A stretch of DNA of 64,000 nucleotides from an uncultured Planctomycetaceae bacterium (GTDB lineage: Bacteria; Planctomycetota; Planctomycetia; Pirellulales; PNKZ01), in NCBI GenBank assembly GCA_964652155.1, contig CAZZBK010000001.1, positions 61,095 to 125,094 on the forward strand. The letters are read 5' to 3'. Below, in pieces: positions 26,098 to 35,589 of this stretch (within the stretch, counting starts at the first letter, position 1; every line of letters begins with the position of its first letter). Under the pieces are notes generated by a model. The model saw only the letters and a list, made by a program, of their open reading frames with translations. It was not told the origin of the DNA and made no database searches. Made by a program: the position numbers and the translations under genes.

Positions 26098-27420
26098 ATG
26101 TTGGACATTGGCGGATTTCGCGCGCAATCGTGCCAAGGCCTGTCGCGTCGCTCGTTTGTCACGGCCGCTGCATCGCTGGGAACATTGTGGGGCGCGCAGG
26201 ACACGCTGGCTGCGGCGGCACCCAAGGCCAAGTCGGTCATCTTCGTGTGGCTCTGGGGCGCGCCGAGCCACTTGGACATGTTCGATCCCAAGCCCGATGC
26301 GCCGTCGAGCTATCGGGGCCCGTTCTCGACCATCGCCACGCGCACACCGAGCGTGCGCTACACGGAACTGCTTCCGCGACTAGCCGCGCGCAGCGATCGC
26401 TTCACCCTCGTCCGCTCGAATCAAACGTCCAAGCCGGGCCATCCCGATGCTGGCAGCGTGGGGCTCACGGGCTTTGAAGACGACAATGGACCGATTCAGC
26501 CCAGCTTTGGTTCGATCGTGGGTCGGCACCGTGGCTATGGTCGGCTGCCCCCCTTCATGGCTGTCGGCAACGGCATTCCGCGCGACGTGGTCAAGATTGT
26601 CGATGGCTACGGTGGCGGACGCTGGGGCAAATCGTTCGACCCTTTTATGGTTCAATGCAGCGACGCCGGCAAGGTCGACATCCCGACGCTCAAGCTGCTC
26701 GACGATCTGTCGCCACGGCGACTCGATGACCGTCGTCTCCTGCTCGGCCAGATGGATCAATTGCGACGGCAAGTCGATCAGCCGCGGCTGCGCGATTGGC
26801 AGCAATCATTCGACTCGGCCTATGACCTGCTCGTGTCCGATGCGGCGCGCAAGGCGCTCGACCTGTCGTTGGAAAGTCCCGCGACGCGGGCTCAATTTGG
26901 CCATACGGCATTTGGTCAAAGCTGCCTGTTGGCGCGGCGGCTCGTCGAGACGGGCGTGCCGTTTGTGCAGGTGAATTGGAGCCAGTACGTCGAGGCGATG
27001 ACCCCCAACTGTGACTTCGGTTGGGACACACACATCTACAACTTTGACCTGCTGCCCGATCGACACTGTCCGATCTTCGATCGTGCGTTCAGCGCATTGC
27101 TCGACGACCTGCACGACCGGGGGTTGCTTAAAGACACGCTCGTGGTTGCGATGGGCGAGTTTGGTCGCACGCCCAAGATCAACGGCAAAGCGTCGCGCGA
27201 CCATTGGCCGCGCTGCTATTTCTCGCTCTGGGCGGGTGGCGGCGTGCAGAGCGGTCGCACGATCGGCGCCAGCGACAAATTGGGAGAAGACCCGATCACT
27301 CAACCCTTCACGCCGTTGATGGTGGGCACGACAATCGCCGAGTTGACCGGCATCGGCGCTCAGCAACGGGCCGAATTAGGGGTGCTCGACGGCGGACGGG
27401 TGTTGCATGAGTTGTTGTAA
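26098..27420 (+). CDS. DUF1501 domain protein (sulfatase-fold, Tat-signal)
   Basis: It has a twin-arginine-like SRRSFVTAAASLG, then HLDMFDPKPDAP, and a C-terminal GEFGRTPKINGKASRDHW, all typical of DUF1501. Confidence 0.85.
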   Translation: MLDIGGFRAQSCQGLSRRSFVTAAASLGTLWGAQDTLAAAAPKAKSVIFVWLWGAPSHLDMFDPKPDAPSSYRGPFSTIATRTPSVRYTELLPRLAARSDRFTLVRSNQTSKPGHPDAGSVGLTGFEDDNGPIQPSFGSIVGRHRGYGRLPPFMAVGNGIPRDVVKIVDGYGGGRWGKSFDPFMVQCSDAGKVDIPTLKLLDDLSPRRLDDRRLLLGQMDQLRRQVDQPRLRDWQQSFDSAYDLLVSDAARKALDLSLESPATRAQFGHTAFGQSCLLARRLVETGVPFVQVNWSQYVEAMTPNCDFGWDTHIYNFDLLPDRHCPIFDRAFSALLDDLHDRGLLKDTLVVAMGEFGRTPKINGKASRDHWPRCYFSLWAGGGVQSGRTIGASDKLGEDPITQPFTPLMVGTTIAELTGIGAQQRAELGVLDGGRVLHELL

Positions 27421-28309
27421 GCGTTGGTACGTTTGGGCCGTGCTGATGTTGCTCGGCGCGACGGCGACGGCCGGCGAGCCGCGACGGCTCACGCGCGACG
27501 GACAGTTCAAGTTCGACCTGACGTTTGCCCGCGGCGGCGAAGAGTTGCTGTACAGCCTGCAAGAGTCGCCGACACTTACCGTCCTGATGCGGCTCACCTT
27601 GGCCGATGGCACATGCACGCGGGTGCATCCCAACGCCGACAAGAATGAGTTCGAGCCGGCCATCACGCCCGACGGAAAATACTTGGCGTTCATACGCAGT
27701 CGCGCCAACCTGAACTTGGAGTTGGTCATTCGCAACCAGCTCACGCAGGACGACGCGATTGTCGATCCGGGCAAGGGCTTTGCCAGTTTGCGTCATCCGT
27801 CGTTCTCGCCCGATGGGATGCAGGTGATTTATGCGATGGCCCAGGACGCGGGGCAACCGCTGTTTCGCGTGACGAACAAGGCCACGTCGCAGGTGAAAAT
27901 CACCGAGGGGAACAGTTTGAATATGTGGCCGAGCTATTCGCCCGACGGTCGGCGAATCGTGTTTGGCTCGGATCGGGACGACAATTTTGAGCTGTATGTG
28001 ATGAACGCCGACGGCAGCCAGGTGCGGCGGCTCACGAATCGACCGCAACGCGACATGCGTCCCCGTTGGTCGCCCGACGGACAGTGGCTCGCGTTCACTT
28101 CGACCGCCGACGGCAACGAGGAGATCTATCTGCTCCAGGTCGAGACAGGGGAGCTGCGCCGACTCACGCAGCACATGGAGCGCGACGACTTTGCCGCCTG
28201 GCATGGGGACGGTCGGCATATCGCGGTGGTGAGCGAGCGCGATGGCGAATTCGACGTCTGGCTATATGACGTCTCGACGGCCATTAAAGTGCCAGCGGAA
28301 AATCGCTGA
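27407..28309 (+). CDS. TolB-like WD40/PD40 beta-propeller repeat protein, secreted
   Basis: It has a signal peptide and repeated PD40 motifs (FSPDGMQVIYA, YSPDGRRIVFGSDRDDNFELYVMNADGS, WSPDGQWLAFTSTADGNEEIYLLQ). Confidence 0.8.
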   Translation: MSCCKRWYVWAVLMLLGATATAGEPRRLTRDGQFKFDLTFARGGEELLYSLQESPTLTVLMRLTLADGTCTRVHPNADKNEFEPAITPDGKYLAFIRSRANLNLELVIRNQLTQDDAIVDPGKGFASLRHPSFSPDGMQVIYAMAQDAGQPLFRVTNKATSQVKITEGNSLNMWPSYSPDGRRIVFGSDRDDNFELYVMNADGSQVRRLTNRPQRDMRPRWSPDGQWLAFTSTADGNEEIYLLQVETGELRRLTQHMERDDFAAWHGDGRHIAVVSERDGEFDVWLYDVSTAIKVPAENR

Positions 28310-29405
28310 GCAACTCGACGCCCGTGGGGGTAACGAGATAGTCATTTTCGAGTCGAATGCCGGCCCGCAGCAGCGTTTCGTGGTAGAGTCCCGGCTCGGC
28401 GGTGAAGACGTCCCCGACCTCGAACGTGTCGTCCCAGTGGGGGTTTAAGTGCGGCGCTTCGTGCGGGAACAGGCCGATACCGTGCCCCAGATGATGGTTG
28501 AACACGCCCCGTTCGCTGTGCCGATCGAGCATGGCCTGGGCTTGCTCGAAGATCGCCTTGCAGCGGATGCCTGGCCGGACTTCGCGCTGCACCATGTCCA
28601 GGACCTCGGCGAGAGCCGAGGCGGCGGCGTGTTGCTCGTCGGTTGGGCGACCGTTGACGGCGATGGTCCGGCAGTTGTCGGCAAAGTAGCCGCGAAAGGC
28701 GGGTCCCAGGTCGAGGATATAAAGTTCGCCGTCTTGCGCGAGGCGGCCATGACGGGGTGGCCCGCCGCGAGCGCCGCACTGATAATCGTTCCCCGTCCCG
28801 GTGAGCATTTCACCCAGGGAATCGACCGCGACGGCTTGCAGGGCATTGAACACGTCCAACTCGCTGATGCCGGGGCGAATGATTTCGCGCGCCCGGGCAT
28901 ACATCTTGCCTGTGGCGGCGATCGCCTTGCGCAATCGGGCCAACTCGTCGACGTCTTTCTTGCGCCGCAAACGAAACAACTCGGGCTCGACATCGATCGT
29001 GGTCGCCGAGAGGGCGCTGGACACGTGAGGGCAGAAGCTGGAGAACTCGACGCCCAAACGGCGCGGCAGCTCGTGTCGCGCCAGCGCCGCGACGAGCACG
29101 GCGCTTGACGCTTGCCGCTGGTCGTTGCGAAGCGTCGAGTGCCATTGAGCGTCGTAGGTCAAAAATTCGTCAGCGGCATGAACGGGGCGTTGCTTCTGTG
29201 GACACACGAGCAGGCAATGTCCTTGCGCCGATAACGCCGCGGCCGGCTCGAAGACCGGTCCAAAGTATGCGCCGGTCAGCCACTGCACATGCTCGCGGCG
29301 CAACACGATCGTCCACGACACGTCGAGCCGCTGCATCACCTCGATCAGTCGCGACTGCCGAACACGGCACAGATCCACTTGGGTGTCCAGTAAATCGCTC
29401 ATCAT
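28284..29405 (-). CDS. M24 family metallopeptidase (Xaa-Pro aminopeptidase/creatinase-like)
   Basis: It has the segments ILDLGPAFRGYFADNCRT, HHLGHGIGLFPHEAPHL and GDVFTAEPGLY. It overlaps the convergent upstream gene by 26 nt. Confidence 0.85.
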   Translation of the reverse strand: MMSDLLDTQVDLCRVRQSRLIEVMQRLDVSWTIVLRREHVQWLTGAYFGPVFEPAAALSAQGHCLLVCPQKQRPVHAADEFLTYDAQWHSTLRNDQRQASSAVLVAALARHELPRRLGVEFSSFCPHVSSALSATTIDVEPELFRLRRKKDVDELARLRKAIAATGKMYARAREIIRPGISELDVFNALQAVAVDSLGEMLTGTGNDYQCGARGGPPRHGRLAQDGELYILDLGPAFRGYFADNCRTIAVNGRPTDEQHAAASALAEVLDMVQREVRPGIRCKAIFEQAQAMLDRHSERGVFNHHLGHGIGLFPHEAPHLNPHWDDTFEVGDVFTAEPGLYHETLLRAGIRLENDYLVTPTGVELLSDFPLAL

Positions 29406-29500
29406 CCTGCCGTCTCTCGAGGGTCGCCGAATTCGTGAAGCACACGTCGCCGGACAGCGTACCGTGGAAGCGGCGACTCAACAAGCGGCCGTGATTTGCG

Positions 29501-32500
29501 CTAGCCGATCAGGACGAAGGGGCCCGTGATCGTGAGGACGTAATTCGGATTTTGCACCAATCGCGAATCATTGCCGCCGTTGAGGCTAAAAGCATTGACG
29601 AACGCAAAGCCGGAGACCGATGCGGTCAAGGTCGGCATGGTGAGGATGGCGAAGTAACTGGCGGCGTAGAGGAAGTCATCTCCCGACGAATCGATGAGCG
29701 AGACGGTGTCCGTGCCACCGATGGTCGAGAGTGCGGAAATTTGCTTGAAGTTCCAGGCTTGATTGGAATAGGTCGGCGCGGCGGCCGGTCCGGCGAAGAC
29801 ATAGGATACCTGAGACGTGATCACGAAATTGTCGTTGGCGGCGGAGTCGTAGAGTTGCGCCTGATCCGAGCCGCCAAAGACCGCGAGCGCGACGAACGAG
29901 TCGAAGTCGGTGGTCTGATTAAAGTAGCCAAAGCCCGACATCACGCTGTAGTTTGAGAGCCCGACGTATTGGTCGTCGCGATCCGAATCGTAGAGCACGG
30001 CGATATCGTAGCCGCCGTTGCCAAAGGCATAGACATTGCCGAAGCCGGTGGCCTGGGCATAGTAGTTCGTCGAGCTAATGATGGTATAGGCGGGCACGGC
30101 ACCGAGTACGTCATCGCTGACGCTGCCATAGATTTGCGCCGAGTCATTCGAGCCCGAGGCGAAACCGAACAAGCTCTTGAAGTAGCTGGCGCGATTGGTG
30201 AACCCGCTGCCTTGCATGGAAGCGCCGCCGGGTTGAGCAATGAACGTCTCGGCTCCGGCGGGCGTGTCGAACAACTGCGCGACATCAGCGCCGCCGTTAA
30301 CGGTGTAGGCGTCGATGACTCCGAAGCTGCTGAGCAACAGGCGTTGGCCGCTGCCGACCATGAAGCCGGAGTTCGCCAAGCCGTAATAGACATCGTTACC
30401 GGGCGTGTCATAAACCTGACCGGTATCGACGCTTTGTCCAAAGACGATGATCGTTTGCGCGCCACTGCCCTCGACGCTATAACCCGACGTGGAGTTGGTA
30501 ATGTTCACGCGATAGGTTTGCAGCTGCACATTGTCGGCCGTCGCGGCTGTTTGTATGGAATAGCTGTCGAAGCCGCCGCCGGTGATCAGCCGGATGGGCA
30601 TGTAAGGGAAGTTGGCACTGGTGTTCGTGTCGACGATCGCGGTCCCGTTGACGTTGAGGTTAATGTTCCCGCTGGTGAGCGAGAGCGCGACGACATCGTC
30701 AGCGGTGGTGCCGGTGATGATCAGCGTGCCTGACTCGACGCTGACCAGGTTGCGGACGCTGACCGCAATGGTGGCGCTTGCTTGCTGGGCGGGGCCGGGC
30801 GAGAGCTCAGAGTCGTTGACGGAAATTTGAATTTGCGCGTCGCCGCTGTAACCGACGTCGGGCGTGAACAACAAGCCCAGCAGGTCCGAGGTCACGTCGC
30901 TCGTCGTGCCGTTGAAGATCAGCGTGCTGGTGCCATTACCCGACAGGTTCGTCAACCCCTGGGCCGATCCGAGCGTGAGGACTCCGTGCGAGGCTTGCAG
31001 GGTCACGGCCACGGTGGCCTGGGGCGAAGCGCTGTCGGATTCAACATCGCTGATCGTGATGGCGTTGTCGACCGCCGACGAAAAAACGAGTCCTCCGCCA
31101 GGTCGTACACCTTGAGCAAACGGCACTCGAATGACGGGTGGTGTGTTCACGGGCGTGATGGTCAATTGCGCCGACGCCGTATTCAGGCTGAAGGCGGACA
31201 GCGAGTTGGCCTGCGAAGCGTCCTGATAGGTTCCGCTCATGCCAAGCGTTTGGTCCCAAGCTCGAAACGAAATCGCCGCGGTCTTGAGGCCGGAGAGGTT
31301 GGCATTGGGCAGCAAGCGAATGCGGGTCAGCGCGTCGGCGGGCAACAAGAGCGCGTGGGTATCGGCGGCGGCATTAACATAGCGCCACGTGCTGCCGCCG
31401 TCGAGCGTATATTGCCACGCGCCCAGCGATGTGTCGACATTCGTCAGCGCGATGCCTTTGGGGTCATTGACGTTGAAATCGACAATCGCCTGGGGAGACG
31501 ACGAAGCCAGCAGCGCTGTGACGAGCGTGCCCGAGTTGTCCGAGTCGTTCTCGGCCAGACTCGTCATGGAGAACGTGCCCGAGATGTCGAGGAACGGTGC
31601 CACGTTACCGATCGCCAGGTTGCCGAAGGTGACGTTGTTGACGGCCGCCGGCGGGAGCAGCGAGAGCGTGTACCCGCCCGAGGTGTTGGGCGCGACATCG
31701 AGCGTATGTCGGTAGATGTCGAACTGGTTCAGCGTGCCATTGAGGTTATTGTTAGTCGAGTTTGAATTGTCGGGCCAGTAGGTTTCGACCACGCCATTGA
31801 CGAAGGCGACTCCGAGCCGATTTCCGAGTTGATTGGGCAAGGCGTTTAAAACGTTGGCGTTGATGTTACCGTTGGACAAAACGACGTTGGGGGCGACGGT
31901 CTGTCCGCCGTCGGTGATTAAGGTTCCCCAGGTACGGACCGTGGTGTTGGCCAAGTTGTTTCGGCCATCGAACCAGGCGACAAAGATATTGCCGGTGGTC
32001 GCGTCGAGGGCGGCGTAGGGCAAGAACTGCGCGGTCGAGGTACCGTCATCGTTGACCTGTTGCGGCGCGCTCCAAGTTTGCCCGTTGTCGTCCGAATACT
32101 TGATGAACACATCAAGATCGTTGCTCTCGGCAGATGATTCGTCGCTGTAGATCAGGTAGGCCCGATTGGGAAAACTGCCCGCGGTCTGGTTCCAGAGCAC
32201 GGTTTGTCCGGCGTTGACCCCCTTGGTATTCATCGGGGTGATGGTGTCGGCAAAGCCGACATTCGTGTCTGAAACGGCGGTGATGGTGGCCGCGTTGCTG
32301 AACCGCAGGGGTCCGGTGCCGTCGGTGTCTTGGGCGACCATGATATTTGCCGGGCCTTGCGGATTGGAGGCACCGCTGGGGACCTGATAGGTGAGCAACG
32401 CGGCCCCCGACGTGCCGATGGCCACGCTGGGGAACTGCGCGCCGACGCTACCAGGCACGAAATCGATCGTGAAGGGGCCACTCGTTCCCCCGGCGATGGT

Positions 32501-35395
32501 CGGCGCACTGGCTGCGTAGGCGAGCGTCGATGCCCCCGAGGACCCGATGTAAGCCACCCAAACTTCATTGTTGGAGGCGGTGACGGAGACCGAAGCCCGT
32601 GTTGAGCCGGAGGTAAAGCCGGTGGGAAACTGATTGAGCAGCGTAAAGGTTTGTCCCGCGTCACGGCTGAGCAACAGATCGACGGTGCCGTTGAGGTCGA
32701 CATACCCGACAAACAAATTGCCGAGATTATCCCAGGCGGCTGACGGCGCACTGGTGGCTTGAGGCAACGTCCCACTGCGAAACGCCAGCGAGCCACTCGC
32801 ATAGGTTTGTCCGGCGTCGCTGGTCCGGGCGAAGGTCAGTTGGTTCGAGCTGCCCGGGCCATTGGTGTCTGTAGCGAAGAAGATGCGCTGGTTGGTGTCG
32901 TTGGGATCAATGGCGACGGTGGGGTCGAACTGATTGCCCGAGAGTCGCGCGGCATTGGTGACTAAATTGACCGTGGGAACGTTGATGGTCAGGCTGCTGG
33001 GGATCGAGCGATTGATGCGGATTCGCCGCGTGTCGACATCCAGCGTGGAGCCCAGCCCGGCATTGTTGGTGGGACTATTGCCGTTGTCGGCCCAGGCCAC
33101 GGTGACTTCATCGGCATCGAAGGCCACGCCCAGCCGAGAGCCAAGCTGCAGCAACCCGGTGGCGGACGTGCCGGCATCGGTCCGTGAGGCGCTGCTGATC
33201 AATTGATTGGTCGTGATAATGCCGCCGCCGTTGTAGATCAGGCTGCCATACACGTTGACGGTGTTGTTGCCCGGGCTGTTGCGGGTGTCGTACCAAGCCG
33301 CGAAGATGTAGCCGGTGAGATTGTCGATCGCGGCGCGGGGCATGAACTGCGAGGCCACGCTGATGGAGTTGACTCGTGAGGGGAGCGACCACGATGCGCC
33401 ATCGTTGACCGAGGAGACAAAGTTGATGTCAAAATCACCCGACTCGTTGGGAGTTTCCGTCGTGTAGAACAGATAGACTCGTCCCCGGGCGGGGCCATTG
33501 CTGCGATCGACGAGCAAGGTGGGCGCGGCATCGATGCCGTTGCGCGTGAGCGCGAGCAGGGTGTCCGCCTGTCCCACATTGGTTGTCGTGACACTCACGG
33601 GGGCCTGAAAGATTTGGCTCCCCAGTCCGTCGGGGTCACGCGCGACCATGAGGGTCGTTAATCCTTGGGCGCTGGTGCCCGACTGATACGCAACGAGCAC
33701 GTCGCCAGCGGTGCCGATGGCCAGGCTGGGGACGGCGCCGGAGAGGCTCCCCCCGGCCACGCTTTGCTGTTGTTGCATGGTGCCGAAGACACCGGTCCCC
33801 AGCACGGGCGTGCCGGCCGCGTAAATACCGGGAGCCGCTCCACTCGTGGTGTTGTAGCCGATCCAGACCTGGTCGTTGGCCGCGGCTAACGCGACTTCGG
33901 CCGTGGTGCTGCCGGCATTTTTGGAGCTGATCAGATTAAAGGTTTGTCCGGCATCGACGCTGTAGGCCAGGACCACCTGCTGGGACACGCTGCGATAGGC
34001 CAAGAACAAATTGCCGTAGTTGTCCCATGCCAAGGCGGGGCTGCCCGACGCCTGGGGAAGCGACCCAGTGCCCGTGGCGATATAATTCGTGGTATACGTC
34101 GCGCCGCCGTCACTCGACCGCGAAGCCACCAACTGCGCGCCATTGTCAGAGGAAACCACGATCTGTTGCTGGGCGTTATAGGGATTGATCGCGACCGCCG
34201 GCTCGAATTGATTCCCCGTCAAGAACGTGGCGTTACGAATGGGACTCGAAACGATGCTGACATTCACGGGGCCGGTCTGTTGCCAGTTGGTCTGTTGCAC
34301 GAACGACACGGACGTCGAGCCAGGCGGGACCGGCGTGATGACAAACTTGCCGACCGAGTCGGTCGTGGACGACGGTTCGTTGGCGTCGAATTGACCATTC
34401 AGGTTCGTGTCGACATAGACGGTGAATCCAGGCACGCCCAACTCGTTCGACTCTTGGAATCCGTCGGCATTGGCGTCGTTATAGAGTAGGCCCGTGATCG
34501 CGCCTGGGTTCAGTCGATAACCGAAATTGACAAGCGTTCGTTGTTCGTCGGTCGCCAGCGTGATGGTCTGGCTGCTGGGGCTCGGGATCGTGGCCACGGT
34601 CGAGGCGGGAATGGTGGCCTTGATGTTGAACGAGGCCGCCGGCAGATTCACGAATGAATAGCTGCCATCGACGGCGGTTTGCACCTGATACTCGCCATTG
34701 ACGCTGTTGGTGAACGTCAACGAGAAATTGTTCAAGATGCCGACGTCGCCCGCCGCCCGATCGGCGATTTGCAATCGCCACGTGCCGTTGATCGACTCGC
34801 CATTCATGGCCGACAGCGGCGAGGCCGGTTGGAAGCTGCCGGTGAACGGAGCGGACGCACTATTGATCGACGACGCCGCGGCATCGTCGAGCACGGTGTT
34901 CGTGAAATTTTGGCCCGTCTGGCCACCGAGACGTGACACCAACGTGACCGTTGTCCCCGCCGGGCTCACCAGATAGATGTCGAGATCGCGGTCCAGGGTG
35001 TGCGTGATATCAAAACTGACCGTCACCTTTTGGAGGGTTCCCAGGACGTCGGACACCGGCAGGTCGATGGTCGTCGTTTGCAGATCGGGGAGCGTCGCCC
35101 CAAGCGTGGGAGAGCTGATCAAAATCGGGCCGCTATCGACGACGCTGTTGAGATTGCGATCAATGTAGACGGTTCGACCCACGGTACCGGTGTCTTGGCC
35201 GTTGATGAAGCCATCGGCGTTGAGATCGTTGAACACAAAGCCCGAGATCGAGCCGTCGAGCACGCGGCGCTGTTCGAGCGACTCGAAGTAGCCACGGAAA
35301 TGCGGCTTGCGGCGACGCGACGGACGGCCGAACAAAACCCAGGACCAGTCCCAAAGCCTAGACCAGAAGCGCGAAACTCGACGACGTGGGCGCAT
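29501..35395 (-). CDS. Giant secreted protein: SdrD/Cna-B-like modules, proprotein-convertase P-domain, two tandem BNR/Asp-box propeller modules, and C-terminal repeats
   Basis: The 1964-aa ORF has a P-domain signature (DLDIYLVSPAGTTVTL...INGTWRLQIADRAAGDVGILNNFSLTF). It has six Asp-box-like motifs (SSDGGATYT, SVDAGQTFN, SVNDGASWS, TSDAGQTYA, SRDAGQTFT, SDDNGQTWS). The N-terminus contains FESLEQRRVLDGS. Confidence 0.85.
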   Translation of the reverse strand: MRPRRRVSRFWSRLWDWSWVLFGRPSRRRKPHFRGYFESLEQRRVLDGSISGFVFNDLNADGFINGQDTGTVGRTVYIDRNLNSVVDSGPILISSPTLGATLPDLQTTTIDLPVSDVLGTLQKVTVSFDITHTLDRDLDIYLVSPAGTTVTLVSRLGGQTGQNFTNTVLDDAAASSINSASAPFTGSFQPASPLSAMNGESINGTWRLQIADRAAGDVGILNNFSLTFTNSVNGEYQVQTAVDGSYSFVNLPAASFNIKATIPASTVATIPSPSSQTITLATDEQRTLVNFGYRLNPGAITGLLYNDANADGFQESNELGVPGFTVYVDTNLNGQFDANEPSSTTDSVGKFVITPVPPGSTSVSFVQQTNWQQTGPVNVSIVSSPIRNATFLTGNQFEPAVAINPYNAQQQIVVSSDNGAQLVASRSSDGGATYTTNYIATGTGSLPQASGSPALAWDNYGNLFLAYRSVSQQVVLAYSVDAGQTFNLISSKNAGSTTAEVALAAANDQVWIGYNTTSGAAPGIYAAGTPVLGTGVFGTMQQQQSVAGGSLSGAVPSLAIGTAGDVLVAYQSGTSAQGLTTLMVARDPDGLGSQIFQAPVSVTTTNVGQADTLLALTRNGIDAAPTLLVDRSNGPARGRVYLFYTTETPNESGDFDINFVSSVNDGASWSLPSRVNSISVASQFMPRAAIDNLTGYIFAAWYDTRNSPGNNTVNVYGSLIYNGGGIITTNQLISSASRTDAGTSATGLLQLGSRLGVAFDADEVTVAWADNGNSPTNNAGLGSTLDVDTRRIRINRSIPSSLTINVPTVNLVTNAARLSGNQFDPTVAIDPNDTNQRIFFATDTNGPGSSNQLTFARTSDAGQTYASGSLAFRSGTLPQATSAPSAAWDNLGNLFVGYVDLNGTVDLLLSRDAGQTFTLLNQFPTGFTSGSTRASVSVTASNNEVWVAYIGSSGASTLAYAASAPTIAGGTSGPFTIDFVPGSVGAQFPSVAIGTSGAALLTYQVPSGASNPQGPANIMVAQDTDGTGPLRFSNAATITAVSDTNVGFADTITPMNTKGVNAGQTVLWNQTAGSFPNRAYLIYSDESSAESNDLDVFIKYSDDNGQTWSAPQQVNDDGTSTAQFLPYAALDATTGNIFVAWFDGRNNLANTTVRTWGTLITDGGQTVAPNVVLSNGNINANVLNALPNQLGNRLGVAFVNGVVETYWPDNSNSTNNNLNGTLNQFDIYRHTLDVAPNTSGGYTLSLLPPAAVNNVTFGNLAIGNVAPFLDISGTFSMTSLAENDSDNSGTLVTALLASSSPQAIVDFNVNDPKGIALTNVDTSLGAWQYTLDGGSTWRYVNAAADTHALLLPADALTRIRLLPNANLSGLKTAAISFRAWDQTLGMSGTYQDASQANSLSAFSLNTASAQLTITPVNTPPVIRVPFAQGVRPGGGLVFSSAVDNAITISDVESDSASPQATVAVTLQASHGVLTLGSAQGLTNLSGNGTSTLIFNGTTSDVTSDLLGLLFTPDVGYSGDAQIQISVNDSELSPGPAQQASATIAVSVRNLVSVESGTLIITGTTADDVVALSLTSGNINLNVNGTAIVDTNTSANFPYMPIRLITGGGFDSYSIQTAATADNVQLQTYRVNITNSTSGYSVEGSGAQTIIVFGQSVDTGQVYDTPGNDVYYGLANSGFMVGSGQRLLLSSFGVIDAYTVNGGADVAQLFDTPAGAETFIAQPGGASMQGSGFTNRASYFKSLFGFASGSNDSAQIYGSVSDDVLGAVPAYTIISSTNYYAQATGFGNVYAFGNGGYDIAVLYDSDRDDQYVGLSNYSVMSGFGYFNQTTDFDSFVALAVFGGSDQAQLYDSAANDNFVITSQVSYVFAGPAAAPTYSNQAWNFKQISALSTIGGTDTVSLIDSSGDDFLYAASYFAILTMPTLTASVSGFAFVNAFSLNGGNDSRLVQNPNYVLTITGPFVLIG

Positions 35396-35589
35396 AGAAG
35401 AGAGTTCCCGACGAGATTGCCTACCAATCCTCGACGATAGGCACCCTGCGCAGTCAGGTCAAGAAATATGTTTTGAACCGTCCGCGATTCCCGAACAAAC
35501 CGTAACAGCTTGCCCTATAAGGGGGAAGGTTCTAGCCGTACTCGGTCCTAACGAGTCCCCCGAGCCCGTAGGGCGACTCGCGGCACAGC

